Shown: positions 51,596 to 63,566 of the stretch, piece by piece | Position numbering within the stretch: the stretch's first letter is position 1 | Layout: each line of letters starts with the position of its first letter | Assembly (NCBI GenBank): GCA_963811865.1 | Contig: CAWESZ010000003.1 | Span: forward strand, 359,779-423,778 | Reading direction: 5' to 3' | DNA: 64,000 bases | Origin: an uncultured delta proteobacterium | GTDB lineage: Bacteria; Desulfobacterota; Binatia; Binatales; Binataceae | Translations under genes and position numbers: made by a program | The notes under the pieces: generated by a model | The model's input: only the letters and a program-made list of their open reading frames with translations | What the model was told of the DNA's origin: nothing | Database searches by the model: none

Positions 51596-53917
51596 CTTCG
51601 ACTGACTGCGGGCTTCCGAACGCGTCGTCAGAGATCTGGATCACGTCGTCGTCTTTGCCGTTGATTGAAGGCGAGAAAGTCACCTGGACGGTGCACGGCG
51701 AACCCTTCACCAGTTGCCCGACGCAGCTTTGGCTGACCGAGTAGTCGGAGTTGGAGCTAGAGAAGTCCTGGATCGTTATGGGCACATCATATCGGTTCGT
51801 AATGACAAAGCTCTTCGTGACGCTTGGGTTCGAGCCGTTCATATTGACGCTCCCGAAGTTGAGGGTTTTCGGTTGAATACCCAAAGAACCCACGAAGCCG
51901 GTCCCGAACATTGAGGTGCTCTGGGGACTGTTCGCGGCGTTGTCGTTGAGCGTCAGGGTCGCCGACCGACTGCCAGCGGCCGTGGGCGAGAATGCCACCG
52001 TTAGCTGGCATGAGCCTTCCGCTGCGACCTTGCCGTTGCAGCCGTCGTTTTGAATGACGAAGTCGCCGGCGTTGGAGCCACCCATCGACTCGCCGGTTAT
52101 GCAGACGCCCTGCGTGCTCCTGTTGGTCAAGGTTATGGTCTGGGTGACGGTATCCGCATTCGAGCCGAAGATGACCACGCTGCCGAAGAAGACCGATGCC
52201 GGTCTGACTCTGAGGTTGCGGCCAGTCGGCGCGCAAGGCTGAGGAGTGGGTGTCGGGGTCGGGGGCGCTGGAGTTGGGGCCACAGGTGTCGGCGTAGCCG
52301 TGGGGCTCGGAGGCACCGGAGTCGGAGTTGCTGGTACAGGCGTCGGCGTATCAGTTGGTACTGGTGTCGGACTCGGGCTCGGCGTGGCAATCGGGGTCGG
52401 GGTCGGTGTGGGAGTAGGAGTCGGCGTGGGGGTCGGGGTCGGTGTGGGGGTAGGAGTCGAAGTCTGCGTTGGAGTAGAAGTCGGCACAGCTCCCAGTTCG
52501 TAGGCTCCGACATCGCACGCGGCGCCCACCGGCCGGCCGAAGCCGCGCTCGTCGGTAACCGGCGGCGGGCAGTTGACCGCATCGTCAATCGCCGGGCTTC
52601 CCGCCAGAAGCGCTTCGGTATCGAGGAACAGCGGGCCGCCGTTGTACTGCAAGGGGCCCAGCAGCGGATTGGTGTTCTGCAGATCGCCCCCCACAATCGG
52701 AACGCAGGTCGCTCCACTATCGATATTGTTGCCGTCGGAGTGGATGCCGCCTTCGCAGTTGTCGGGGGTGCCGTTAGAAATGATGCTGTTCTGGACCTCG
52801 ATCTCGCCGCCCGAGCCGAAGGCGCTGCCACCGCCAGCCGCGCTGTTGCCGTTCACGGTCACGCTCTGAATCAACAGATACGAATTGTTCCAGACAGCTC
52901 CGCCGTTGGCGACGGCAGTGTTGGCCGCGAGCGTAGCGTTGGTGAATTCCATGAAGCCGCTGTTCCATGCGGCGCCGCCGTTGCCCCGGAATTGCTGTTG
53001 CTGATGGTGACGTTAGTCACGTAAGTGGAGGTGGAGGGGCTGTTCCAGATGCCTCCGCCGTCCCCGGTCGCCTGGTTGGAATCGAGGGTGGCGTTCTGGA
53101 TTTGGGTCCGGTCGCCGTCGGCGTAGATGGCGCCGCCGTTGGTACCGCTCTGGTTGCTGGAAATAGTGCCGCCACCGGTCGTCGGCGCGGGCTGGTTGCT
53201 GTTGTCCAGATAAACACTCCCGAGACTGTTCCATACCCCGCCGCCCTCGGCGGTCGCAGTGTTGCCGTTAATCGTGTAACTGCCGTCGAAGTAAGTGGAG
53301 CCAGTCTCGTTGGCCAGCCCTCCGCCGGTGACAGCCTGATTGTCCGTGAACGTGACATCGGTCAAATAAACGGCTGAATCATTGTTGAACAGCGCGCCGC
53401 CCGGGCCATTCGTCACGCAATTGGTGATCACGAGGTCGGTCGAGGTGAAGTCACTGTCGGTGACCAGGATCCCGCCGCCGCCATCGCCAGTGGCGTCGAG
53501 ACCATTTTGGACGGTGACGCCGTCCATCTCGAACGTGCCGAAGGACATGTTGAAGACTCCGACCAGCTGATTGCCGTCGATGATGGTGGAGTTGGAGCCG
53601 GCGCCAACAATCGTTACGCTGCTGAACTCCAGGTCCAGCGACGCCCCAATGCTCAGCACGTAGGTGCCGGCGGGAACGTCGATGGTGCTCGTTCCGAAAG
53701 ACGCGTTGGCGGCGTCGATCGCCTCGCGCAGAGCGCAATCGCCGGGATTGCAGGCGCCGCTGTCGCGGTCGGTGGTCGTGGTCACATTAAAGGTGGCGGC
53801 GCCGGATGAACCCGCGCCCGCCGCCAGAAGGAGCAGGACAACCGGAAGAACGATGAACCGGCGGCGCGTGACCGGCGAGGTTTTATCGAGGGTCACGGAG
53901 TGTTCAAGTATGGCCAT
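51555..53917 (-). pseudogene. secreted right-handed beta-helix protein: CSLREA/choice-of-anchor-Q N-terminal region, Pro/Thr linker and two C-terminal choice-of-anchor-D-like Ig-type domains; one frameshift (C4 run 52984-52987)
   Basis: ORFs 52871..53917 (signal peptide; CALREAIDAANA; G/N/T-rich parallel beta-helix repeats GGG.WN, NATL, NS/NQ) and 51555..52952 (..NPLLGPLQYNGGPLFLDTEALLAGSPAIDD...CDVGAYE; PT linker; two ~110-aa domains with F.FGSV....T.T..N.G...L.I........F......C....L..G.SC...V.F.P). An extra C restores ..ISNSNSGGNGGAAWNSGF... Confidence 0.65.
52247..52496 (-). repeat. low-complexity tandem repeats encoding the (TPTP)n linker of the beta-helix protein
   Basis: ACNCCNAC periodicity. 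Produces spurious opposite-strand ORFs 52246..52503 and 52050..53024. Confidence 0.6.
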
Positions 53918-54003
53918 GGTCTTCTCCCCACATTGGCGCCGGGTTCGGGATTGCCGCGAAACTGCGCACCCTTTTTGGCGACATCCAGGCGTTGAAACAA
54001 ACT

Positions 54004-54020
54004 GTAGATAATATCTACAA
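54004..54020. promoter_or_regulatory. perfect 17-bp palindrome TGTAGATA-A-TATCTACA upstream of the beta-helix gene
   Basis: AT-rich perfect inverted repeat ~85 nt upstream of the start codon at 53917. The decamer ATATCTACAA recurs at 44577-44586 upstream of mnmG. Confidence 0.3.
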
Positions 54021-54341
54021 ATAGGTCAAGTGGATGCGGCAGTACACCGCTTGGCATTATTTGGAGGGAAAATCGCCGCAACGAAGCATCTGGGCGGAGC
54101 GCAAGCCGCCGCGGCGTGTCACGAGTCCAGGTAGCGTGAGATCAGCGGGCGAGGTCTTCGGCCACGTCGGCTTCGTCCGCCGCGCCGGAACTGCGCTCGA
54201 TCTCAGGCCGGTCCGCTCGAAACGCGCTGGCGGGAAGATTGCGGCGCGCGGTGTCCCTGGCTATCCGGGTCTTGACGCCTTCGAAGGCATCATCCGAAGG
54301 CGCCATCGCCCCCGCCACGGTCCGTCTCAGGTTCCGGAAGG

Positions 54342-54995
54342 TTAACCGCGCTCCGTCAGCCCGTGCTGTTTCATCCGCCACAGCAGGTGGTCGATACGAT
54401 CCTGGCCGAAGAACGCCTCGCCTTGAAACACGAACAGCGGCACTCCCCAGTGGCCGGCGGCCTGTTGAGCGGCGGCGTTGGCTTCGATCTCGCGATCGTA
54501 GCGGGCCGGATCAGCCGCGATCGCCGCGTCGAGCTCGGCGAGACTTAGCCCCGCTTCGTCAGCGGCCCTCTTAAGATGATCGCCCTGATGCCAGTTACGA
54601 ATATCCCCGGACCAGATCGCGCGCGCCGCGCTGACGATAAAGGGCAAGCCGCGCCCCTTCTCGGTGGCCGCAACTCCAAGGCGCGAGACGCGATGAATAT
54701 ACGGCTGATCCACAGCGACCTCGCCGCTGGCCAGGTCCATCACGATCGGATCGGGGTACGGCCAGCTATACGGGATGCCGTGCATCTGCGCGATTCGCAT
54801 CGTGTCGCGCATCAGGTACGGCGGCCACAGGGGATTCACGCGTTTGAAGAAGCCGGGGATGCGGAGCGCGATCGGCAGGACGATGCGGACATTTGGGGCG
54901 GCGTCGTAACGCGCCACCAGCTCCGCGATTTGCGGCGTGGCGAGATAGGAATACGGGCTGCGGAACGAAAAATAGAAGTCGAAAGCTACGCTCAT
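54342..54995 (-). CDS. 2-hydroxychromene-2-carboxylate isomerase / DsbA-like thioredoxin-fold protein
   Basis: 217 aa, intact. Family-typical FDFYFSFRSPYSYLA N-terminus and ..AAGHWGVPLFVFQGEAFFGQDRIDHL. Confidence 0.65.
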   Translation of the reverse strand: MSVAFDFYFSFRSPYSYLATPQIAELVARYDAAPNVRIVLPIALRIPGFFKRVNPLWPPYLMRDTMRIAQMHGIPYSWPYPDPIVMDLASGEVAVDQPYIHRVSRLGVAATEKGRGLPFIVSAARAIWSGDIRNWHQGDHLKRAADEAGLSLAELDAAIAADPARYDREIEANAAAQQAAGHWGVPLFVFQGEAFFGQDRIDHLLWRMKQHGLTERG

Positions 54996-55090
54996 GGCGA
55001 ACTCCCGCCGCGCCCGGCTCTCAGCGACAGACAGGTCTGGACGAGGTCACCCGTCGATACGGCAGCAAGCCCGCGAACATTTCCAGTCCC

Positions 55091-55450
55091 TCACGCGTTG
55101 GGATCGAGCCCCCACTTCACCTTGTTGGCCGCGATCTGCTCGGGCGTGGGATGTTCGACCTGCACGAACGCCTGGACCTTGAACTGGTCGGCGAGTTCGA
55201 GGGTCTTGTGGTTCAGCGCGATGTCGTCTTTGAGCACCTCCGGCACCGCCGGCTCCTCAAAGATCGCCTGCCACGGGCATTCCGGCTCGCAGGCGCCGCA
55301 ATCGATGCATTCGTCGGGGTTTATGTACAACTGATTGGGGAACTGCACCTTGTCGGCGCCGACATACGCGTAAATGCAATCGACCGGGCAGACGCTGACG
55401 CATCCGGTGTCAACGCAATCCCGGCAGAGCCTGGTGATTGTCCATGGCAT
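55091..55450 (-). CDS. ferredoxin (4Fe-4S / 7Fe type)
   Basis: 119 aa. [18 protein letters not shown] and [12 protein letters not shown] cluster motifs. Confidence 0.8.
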   Translation of the reverse strand: MPWTITRLCRDCVDTGCVSVCPVDCIYAYVGADKVQFPNQLYINPDECIDCGACEPECPWQAIFEEPAVPEVLKDDIALNHKTLELADQFKVQAFVQVEHPTPEQIAANKVKWGLDPNA

Positions 55451-55644
55451 AGCCGCATCTCTCCTGTCACGGGCGTCCCAAGTTCATAACCATCGTGGCC
55501 CAAGTCCATAATGAACCCGGCGGGCCCGGCACGCAAAGTTAGCGCCCCCAGAGGCGGGATTCAAACCCTTTGATCCGCCGTCGGCGGGCCGCTGCGCCGC
55601 CGCGACTGGCGACGCCCTAAAGCTCCGCCCGCGGCGTCCTCGAT

Positions 55645-56886
55645 TCAGATCACCGCGTCGCGCTTGAGGCCTTCGATCTCGCGGTCACTGAGACCCAGCA
55701 GCTCCCCGTATACGCGACGGTTGTCGTGACCGATTCCCACCGACCCGCGGACCACCTTGCCCGGCGTGAGCGAGAATTTCGGCGCGATTCCCGTCCCCTT
55801 CACGCGGCCTACGAGCTCGTCCTCCCACTCGAGATGCGTCCCGCGCGCTTGATAGTGCGGGTCTTCCGCCATGTCCTTGCTCGACATGATCGGCGAGCAG
55901 GCGACTTTGGCTTCGTTCATGATTTGCACGACCTCGGCCACGGTCCGTTCGTTGATCCATCCGCGCAGGATTGCATCGAACTCGATTCCTTCGATCGCTT
56001 CGAGGTTGACCCGTGCGCTCTGCCATTTCGGTTCTCCCGGATCCAGTCCGATCACCCGGCACAACCGCTCGTACACCTCCGATAGCGCGCCGAGCACGAC
56101 CCATCCGTCGGACGCGCGGAAACTGTCGAGCGGCTGGAAGCCCAGGGCCTTGTTGCCCGATCGCTCGCGCACGATTCCCTCGCGAAAATACTCGACCATC
56201 GTGCCGCCGAGAACGTGATGGATCGCCTCGAACTGGGCGACATCGATGGCCTGGCCCTTGCCGCTCGAACGCGCGTAGGTGAGCCCCGCCAGCGACGACC
56301 AGAGCGTGAACAACGCCGTGAGGTAGTCACCCACCCACGGCGCGGCGCGGGTCGGCGGCGTCGGATCGGGATAGCCGGTCTGGTACATCGTGCCGCCGAA
56401 CGCCTGGCCGACGATATCGTACGACGCGCGGCTGACGTAGGCGGGATGCCCGCTCTGGCCGTAGCCCGAGGTATGCGCGATCACGAGCCGCGGATTGACC
56501 TGCCACACCGCGGCGTCGTCGAGGCCCCATTTGTGATAGGTCCCCGGCTTGGAACTCTCCATCCAGATTTCGGCGCGCTCGACCAGCCGGATAAAAATCT
56601 CGTGGCCGCGCGGCTTCGACAGATCGAGCGTGACGCAGAAGACGTTGCGCCGCTCCTGCACCCAGTTGGTCGCGATCGGCGGGCTGCCGTCACGCGTCGG
56701 GAGCCGGATGCCGAGCGTGCGCCATCCGACGTCGCCCACGCCGGGCCGTTCGATCTGGATCACCTCGGCGCCCATCTCGGCCGCCAGCGCGGCCGCGAAC
56801 GGCTGCGCGACGAGCGTGCCGCTCGAAACGATTTTCACCCCCTGCAGCGGTCCAAAAGCTTCGGGAACCAGCGTCTGGTCGGCCAT
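55645..56886 (-). CDS. CoA-transferase family III (CaiB/BaiF-like)
   Basis: ORF-track 55645..56910. ..LQGVKIVSSGTLVAQPFAAALAAEMGAEVIQIERPGVGD.. is the family N-terminal signature. 413-421 aa, intact. Confidence 0.8.
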   Translation of the reverse strand: MADQTLVPEAFGPLQGVKIVSSGTLVAQPFAAALAAEMGAEVIQIERPGVGDVGWRTLGIRLPTRDGSPPIATNWVQERRNVFCVTLDLSKPRGHEIFIRLVERAEIWMESSKPGTYHKWGLDDAAVWQVNPRLVIAHTSGYGQSGHPAYVSRASYDIVGQAFGGTMYQTGYPDPTPPTRAAPWVGDYLTALFTLWSSLAGLTYARSSGKGQAIDVAQFEAIHHVLGGTMVEYFREGIVRERSGNKALGFQPLDSFRASDGWVVLGALSEVYERLCRVIGLDPGEPKWQSARVNLEAIEGIEFDAILRGWINERTVAEVVQIMNEAKVACSPIMSSKDMAEDPHYQARGTHLEWEDELVGRVKGTGIAPKFSLTPGKVVRGSVGIGHDNRRVYGELLGLSDREIEGLKRDAVI

Positions 56887-57053
56887 AACTTCTCGCCTCT
56901 GCCGAATCATGCATGCGCTTGCGCCCTTAGATCAAATCTTGGCGCCGCGAAGTGGGGCCGGCGTTCCGCCGGCCTCTGTGTACGCTCGCCTCCTCAAGTA
57001 CAATGGAAGCAGAAATCTAAAACGTCCGCGACCCGGGCGGTCAGGATTCGGAA

Positions 57054-58469
57054 ATGAGCAATCTCTACGACGAAGCCAAAGGTAAACGCATGGAGACCGA
57101 CAGCATGGGCGCTATCGAGGTGCCCGCCGGCGCATATTGGGGCGCGCAGACGCAGCGCTCGCTGACCTACTTCGCGCACGGACACGACCGGATGCCGCGC
57201 TCCGTGATCCGCGCGATGGGCCTGCTGAAGAAGGCCGCCGCCGAGGTCAATCGCGATCTCGGCTCGATTCCGCCCGACCGGGCCGAGCTGGTCATCCGCG
57301 CGGCCGACGAGGTGATCGAGGGCAAACTCGACGATCATTTCCCGCTGCGCATCTGGCAGACCGGCAGCGGCACGCAGACCAACATGAACGCCAACGAAGT
57401 GATCTCGAATCGCGCGATCGAGCTGGCCGGCGGCAAAATGGGCAGCAAGACGCCGATCCATCCCAACGATCACGTGAATATGGCGCAGTCCTCGAACGAT
57501 ACGTTCCCGACCGCGATGCATATCGCGGCGGCGCAGGAGCTGAATCAGCGGCTCATTCCGGCAGTCACCAAACTCCGCGACGCGCTCCAGGCCAAGTCGG
57601 TGGAGTATCGCGAGATCGTGAAAATCGGCCGCACGCATCTGATGGACGCGGTTCCGCTCACGCTGGGGCAGGAATTCTCCGGCTACGTCGCACAACTCGA
57701 CTACGACTTGAAGCGCATCACGATGATCCTGCCCGATATCTACGAACTCGCGATCGGCGGCACTGCGGTCGGCACCGGCCTAAATACCCATCCGCAATTC
57801 GCGGAGCGCATGGCTAAGCGCATCGCGGAACTCACCGGGCTGCCGTTCGTCTCGGCGCCCAACAAGTTCGCGGCGCTCGCGGCGCATGACGCGCTGGTGA
57901 TGGCGAGCGGAGCGATCAAGACCCTGGCCTGCTCGCTGATGAAAATCGCCAACGATATCCGCTGGATGGGCTCCGGGCCGCGCTGCGGGCTGGGCGAGCT
58001 GCAACTGCCCGAGAACGAACCAGGCTCATCGATTATGCCCGGTAAGGTGAATCCCACGCAGTCCGAAGCGATGACGATGATCTGCGTGCAGGTGATCGGC
58101 AACGACACCGCGATCACGATCGCGGGCTCGCAGGGCAACTTCGAGCTCAACGTCTTCAAGCCACTGATAATCCACAATCTGCTGCACTCGGTGACGCTGC
58201 TCGCCGATTCGTGCCGCTCGTTCACCGACTATTGCGTGGCCGGGCTCAAGCCCAACCTCGAGCAACTGCGCCGCAACGTGAGCGAATCCCTGATGCTGGT
58301 CACGGCGCTGAGCCCGCATATCGGCTACGACAAAGCTGCGCAGGTCGCCAAGAAAGCCCACGCCGAGGGCAAGACGCTGCGCCAGGTCGCCGTAGAATTG
58401 GGCTTTCTGAAAGGCGAAGAATTCGATCGCCTCGTAAAGCCGGAAAAGATGCTCGGCCCGGAGGGGTAG
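57054..58469 (+). CDS. fumC: fumarate hydratase, class II
   Basis: 471 aa, intact. ..[25 protein letters not shown].. and signature [20 protein letters not shown] (TQ rather than the aspartase variant). Confidence 0.85.
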   Translation: MSNLYDEAKGKRMETDSMGAIEVPAGAYWGAQTQRSLTYFAHGHDRMPRSVIRAMGLLKKAAAEVNRDLGSIPPDRAELVIRAADEVIEGKLDDHFPLRIWQTGSGTQTNMNANEVISNRAIELAGGKMGSKTPIHPNDHVNMAQSSNDTFPTAMHIAAAQELNQRLIPAVTKLRDALQAKSVEYREIVKIGRTHLMDAVPLTLGQEFSGYVAQLDYDLKRITMILPDIYELAIGGTAVGTGLNTHPQFAERMAKRIAELTGLPFVSAPNKFAALAAHDALVMASGAIKTLACSLMKIANDIRWMGSGPRCGLGELQLPENEPGSSIMPGKVNPTQSEAMTMICVQVIGNDTAITIAGSQGNFELNVFKPLIIHNLLHSVTLLADSCRSFTDYCVAGLKPNLEQLRRNVSESLMLVTALSPHIGYDKAAQVAKKAHAEGKTLRQVAVELGFLKGEEFDRLVKPEKMLGPEG

Positions 58470-58525
58470 GGCTCAAGCGGACGCCGCGGCGGCGCTCAAT
58501 TGGCGATCGTTTCGCCTCGGTCGGT

Positions 58526-60138
58526 TCACATCCTGAAGACGCCGAAGCCTGATACCTCCGCAATCGGCGCGCTCAGCGCGGCCGCGAGGCCGAGCGCGAG
58601 CGCGGCGCGCGTTTCGAGCGGATCGAGCACGCCGTCGTCCCACAGGCGCGCGCTCGAATAGTAACAACTCGATTCGCGCTCGTACTTCTCCAGCGTCGGG
58701 CGCATGAACTCCTGCTGCTCCTTCTCGCTCATGGTCTGGCCGGTGCGCTTTAACTGATCGAGCTTGACCGTCAGCAGCGTATTCGCCGCCTGCTCGCCGC
58801 CCATCACGGAGATCCGCGCGTTGGGCCACATGAACAGCAGGCGCGGCGAGTACGCCCGCCCGCACATCCCATAGTTGCCGGCGCCGTTGCTACGCGCCGA
58901 TGATCACGGTGAACTTCGGCACCTGGGCGTTGGCGACCGCGTTGACCATCTTGGCGCCGTCCTTCGCGATCCCGCCCTGCTCGTAACGCTTGCCGACGAT
59001 GAAGCCGGTGATGTTCTGCAGAAACAGCAGCGGGATGCGGCGCGCGCAGCACAACTCGATAAAGTGCGTCGCCTTGAGGGCCGACTCGCTGAACAGCACG
59101 CCGTTGTTCGCGATGATCCCGACCGGATAGCCGTGGATGCGCGCGAAGCCGGTGACCAGCGTGGTCCCATAGCGCGCCTTGAACTCGTGCATCCGGCTGC
59201 CGTCGACGAGGCGCGCGATCACCTCGCGCACATCGTAGGGCTTGCGCGTATCGGCCGGGATGATCCCGTAAAGCTCGGCCGGATCGTAGTAGGGATCTTC
59301 CGGCTCGTCTGCGTCGGCGGCGCTGACGTCCGCGGTCCCAGGTTGTCCAAAATCGAGCGCGCGATTTCGAGCGCGTGCTCGTCGTCGTCGGCCAGATAGT
59401 CGCTCACGCCGGAGAGGCGGGTGTGAACGTCGCCGCCGCCCAGCTCTTCGGCGCTGACTTCCTCGCCGGTCGCGGCGCGTACCAGCGGCGGACCGGCGAG
59501 AAAGATCGTGCCCTGCTCGCGGACGATCACGTTCTCGTCGCACATCGCGGGCACGTACGCGCCGCCCGCGGTGCAGGAGCCCATCACCACCGCGACCTGC
59601 GCGATTCCGGCCGCCGACATCCGCGCCTGATTGTAGAAAATCCGGCCGAAGTGATCGCGATCGGGAAAGACCTCGGCCTGCAGCGGCAGGAACGCGCCGC
59701 CCGAATCGACCAGGTAGACGCACGGCAGCCGGTTCTCGATCGCGATTTCCTGCGCGCGCAGATGCTTCTTCACGGTGATCGGATAATACGTGCCGCCCTT
59801 GACGGTCGCGTCGTTGGCCACGACCATCACTTCGCGCCCGTGCACCCGTCCGATGCCGGTGACGATTCCCGCCGCCGGCGGGTCGTCTTCGTACATGCCC
59901 CATCCGGCCAGCGCTGAAAGCTCCAGAAACGCGCTCTCGGGATCGAGCAGCCGCTTCACGCGCTCGCGCACCAGCAGCTTGCCGCGCTCGCTGATGGCGC
60001 TTGCGCGCCTCTTCGGAACCGCCGATGCGAATCCGCTCGATGTCCGCGCGCAATTTCTTGACCGCCGCTTCCGTCGACTTCGCGATTGCGCCGGAACTCG
60101 GCGCTCGACGGGTTGATCCGCGATTCGATTCGTTCCAT
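58526..60138 (-). pseudogene. acyl-CoA carboxylase carboxyltransferase subunit (methylcrotonyl-CoA carboxylase beta-like); at least four frameshifts
   Basis: N-terminus [20 protein letters not shown] (60138). ..[91 protein letters not shown].. (59219..60286). ..[60 protein letters not shown].. (58890..). ..[34 protein letters not shown] (58526..58867). Confidence 0.75.
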
Positions 60139-60248
60139 CTTCTGTGCTTCTCTCGCGCCGGTTATCGCTTCCCCGGTTCGTACTTTGGGTAGATATTAGC
60201 CTGAGGAAGTGACTGTGCGCGAAGGGCCGTGACGTTGGCCAACTGACG

Positions 60249-62583
60249 ATGCGAGAACGCGATCTCAGAGCGCTCGAATTCGACAAGGTGCTCGCGCTGG
60301 TGGCGGCTTATGCCGCCTCGGAGCCGGGCCGCGCCGTGCTCCTGGCGGCTGCGGCCCTCGACCGACCCGGACGAGGTTCGCGCGCGGCTGCGCCTGACTG
60401 CCGAGCTGGTGGAACTCCGCGCGCACGCGGGCTCGTTCCCGATGCAGGAATTCGCCGACCAGCGCGCAATCCTGCTGGTGGCGGCGCGCGAGGGCGCGGT
60501 GCTCGACGGCGTGGCGCTGGTCGCGGTGCGCGACTTCGTGCTGGCGGCGCGCCAGGCCGAGGCGTTCACCCGCTCGCGGGTCGAGTCGCTGCCAAACCTC
60601 GCGACGCTCGCGCACAGCCTGGTCGCGCCCAAGGAACTCGCCGACGCACTGCTCCGCGCGCTCGAAGACGACGGCGGCCTGCTCGACGACGCCAGCCATG
60701 ACTTAAAGCGCCTGCGCAATCGCTTGCGCGAAGAGCGGGTCGATCTGGAGTCGCGGCTGGTCCGCGCGCTCAACGCGGGCGGGATGGAGCCGTTCGTCTC
60801 GGACAATATCGTCACGGTCCGCAACCGCCGCTTCGTCCTGCCGCTCAAGCTCAACTACGCAGAGAAGCTCGACGGGATCGTGCAGGACCGCTCGATCTCG
60901 GGCGAGACGCTGTTCGTCGAGCCGATGTGGGCGGTCGAGCTGAACAACCGCCTGATGATGCTCGAGCGGGAAGCCGAAGCCGAGGAGCGGCGCATCCTGG
61001 CCCATCTGACCGCGATGGTGCGCGGCTACGCGCGCGAGCTGGCGATCACGTTCGAAGCGATGGTCGCGCTGGACGCCCTCAACGCGCGCGCGATCTTCGG
61101 CGAGCGCTTCGGGCGCGATCGAGCCGGAGATCACCGAGGGCGCGATGGAACTGATCGACGCGCGCCATCCGCTGCTGATCCAGAGCGGGCGCGAGGTGGT
61201 GCCGATCGACGTCCGAATTCCGCGCCGGCCAGCGCGGAATCGTAATCTCGGGCCCCAATACCGGCGGCAAGACCGTCGCGCTCAAGACCGTCGGGCTGTT
61301 CGCGCTGATGGCGCAGGCCGGGATGCTGATTCCGGCCGATCGCCAAAGCCGCGTGACCGTGTTTCGCAGCGTGTTCGCCGATATCGGCGACGCGCAGTCG
61401 ATCGAGGCCAATCTGTCGAGCTTCGCGGCTCATATCGTCAACCTGACCGAGATCATCCGCGCGCTGGCCGAACCTGCGCTGATAATTCTCGACGAGCCGG
61501 GCGCCGGTACCGATCCGGCCGAAGGCGCCGCGCTGACGATCGGCTTGATGAACTATCTTGCGAGCCGCCGATTGCGTGCTCGCGATCGCGACCCACTCGA
61601 CCGCGGTGAAACTGCACGCTTACTCGCGCGCCGGCTTCGAGGCGGCTGCGGTCGACTTCGACCCCGAGCGCATGACGCCGCTCTATCGGCTCAAGCCGCA
61701 CACGATCGGACAGAGCTATGGCCTGGCGGTGGCGCGCCGCCTGGGACTGCCTGCCGAAATTATCCGCGCCGCCGAGGAGGCGCGGCCGGCCGGAAGCGTC
61801 GAGCTGGAGCAGGCGCTGCAGCGGCTGGACGCCGAGCGCGCCGAGTTGCGCACTCGAATCGAAACGCTGCGCGAGCGTGAAGCCGCGCTCGAAGAGACCC
61901 GTAGCCTCGCGACCGAGGAGGCGGAGCGCGCACGCCACAAGATCGCGGCGGACCGCGCGCGAATCCGCGCCGACGCGGCCGGCCTGATCGAGCAGATGCG
62001 GCGCGAAGGCAGCGAGCTGCTGGTCGAACTCAAAGTAAAAACGAAGTCGCAGCGCGATCTGAGCCGCTTCGTCGCCGAGGCGCAGGAAAAGTTGGAGCAG
62101 GTCGCGCCGGTGCCGCCGCCAGCGCAACCGCTCGCCCCGCAGGAGCCGCTCAAGGTCGGCGACCAGGTCGAGCTCGGGCAGATTCGCGGCGAGTTGCTGA
62201 TCCTTGAGGAGGGTCGCGCTGTGATCACACGCGGCGGGATGCGGATCGAAGTGGCGCCCGAACGGCTGCGGCGCGCGGCCCAGCAGGCCGCGGCATCGCG
62301 AGCGCCCAAGGTCAGCGTGACCGCGGCCGAGCATACGGAGCGGCAGGAGCTGATGCTGATCGGGATGCGCACCACCGACGCGTTGCGCACGCTCGAGGAA
62401 TTTCTCGACCAGGCCTACCTGACCAATCGCCCCGAGGTGCGCATCGTCCACGGCGTGGGTTCCGGCGCGCTCAGGAAGGCGGTGCGCGAGTATCTCGGCA
62501 GCTCGCCGTACTGCGCAGCGTTCCGCGAAGCCGACCCCCATCTCGGCGGCGCCGGCGCCACGGTCGTGCAGCTTAATTTGTAG
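60249..62583 (+). pseudogene. mutS2: endonuclease MutS2 (MutS domains + C-terminal Smr); at least five frameshifts
   Basis: [31 protein letters not shown].. (60249), core in 60310.., ..MELIDARHPLL.. (61145), ..MAQAGMLIPADRQSRVTVFRSVFADIGDAQSIEANLSSFAAHIVNLTEIIRALAEPALIILDEPGAGTDPAEGAALTIGLMNYL.. (61308), coiled-coil plus Smr ..ELMLIGMRTTDALRTLEEFLDQAYLTNRPEVRIVHGVGSGALRKAVREYL.. ending 62583. Confidence 0.75.
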
Positions 62584-62769
62584 CGGATCCTTCCCGAAGT
62601 AGGGCCGGCGTCTCCTTTGGGTAACTCCAGAGCCAGACAAATCGCTCCGCGTAGATTCTTCGCCTCCGGCAGACGCCTCAGCTCAGAATGACAGCGCCCG
62701 CGCCCGTTTGTCTGTCATACTGAAGCGAGCGTAGCGAAGCCGAAGGATCAACGCGAAGCGATGATGGTT

Positions 62770-62915
62770 TGGCTGAGTCACGCAAAGGTCTCGATAGGGC
62801 TTACGAAGCCCGCTCGCAACAGTTGATCATTCTCGAGGTCGATAAGGTCTACGACCCGCTGCGTTCCGAGCCGCGCTTCATCGCGTTGCTGAGAAAAGTC
62901 GGCCTCGACCGGTGA
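62770..62915 (+). pseudogene. orphan fragment duplicating the last ~47 aa (final TPR) of the adenylate cyclase-TPR protein
   Basis: ..AESRKGLDRAYEARSQQLIILEVDKVYDPLRSEPRFIALLRKVGLDR* versus cyclase C-terminus ..ALDGLEKAYEARSWWPLYLKVDKIYDPLRSEPRFIALLKKVGLDK*. No start codon or upstream TPRs. Confidence 0.35.
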
Positions 62916-63176
62916 CGCCAGTGCCTTGAAACCACCCCTGACTCAGAGCGCCGCGCTTCTGTCCTATGCCAGGGTCCAGACTCAATCAGAACCTTCCCAT
63001 TTAGGGCCATGCGAGCGGAGACATTGAATCTCAGGGCAGGTGTTGTTATGCCGGGGAAGGAACGGCAACTTTTGGCCCAAAGCCGCCGCTTGCCGCCAAT
63101 GCCGGGAATGACCATGTTGGACCATTGTTGACCAGGTCGCGAGCGCCAGACCTGTCCGGATTTGAAGGAGGAAGCG

Positions 63177-63566
63177 ATGAAGCAAGTTCCGAGCGGAACA
63201 GAACTCGCCCGCCCATTCATGCCTGCAAAAGACTTTGATCTCTCCAAGAACTTCTATGAGACGCTGGGCTTCGAAAAGCTTCTTGACGGAGACGTGGCGA
63301 TCTTCAGGGCCGGTTCCGGCGGTTTCATACTTCAGCGCCATTATCAAAAGGACTGGGCTGAAAACTTTATGATGCAGCTCATGGTCGACGATCTTGACGC
63401 TTGGTGGACCCACATTGATGGGCTTGATCTGCCCGGAAAATTCAATGTTCAGCCTCCGCGCGCGCCAGCCATGCAGCCATGGGGCCTTCGGATCGCTTAT
63501 GTCGTGGATCCATCCGGAGTGCTTTGGCACATTGGCGAACGGCGCGATGGGGCAATACAGGACTAG
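63177..63566 (+). CDS. VOC-family (glyoxalase/bleomycin-resistance fold) protein
   Basis: ATG 63177 preceded by GAAGGAGG. 129 aa. Size, beta-alpha-beta-beta-beta pattern and motifs (FYETLGFEKL...; ..LRIAYVVDPSGVLWHIGE) fit the VOC superfamily. Local GC (~52%) is lower than the window average. Confidence 0.6.
   Translation: MKQVPSGTELARPFMPAKDFDLSKNFYETLGFEKLLDGDVAIFRAGSGGFILQRHYQKDWAENFMMQLMVDDLDAWWTHIDGLDLPGKFNVQPPRAPAMQPWGLRIAYVVDPSGVLWHIGERRDGAIQD

Noticed and set aside
55500-55644. Possible tRNA-like stem-loop (GGCGGGATTCAAACCCTTTGATCCGCC) between the CoA-transferase and ferredoxin genes
   Set aside because: No cloverleaf could be built (no acceptor/anticodon arms; T-loop does not match GTTCRANYC). 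More likely an intergenic hairpin or weak terminator.
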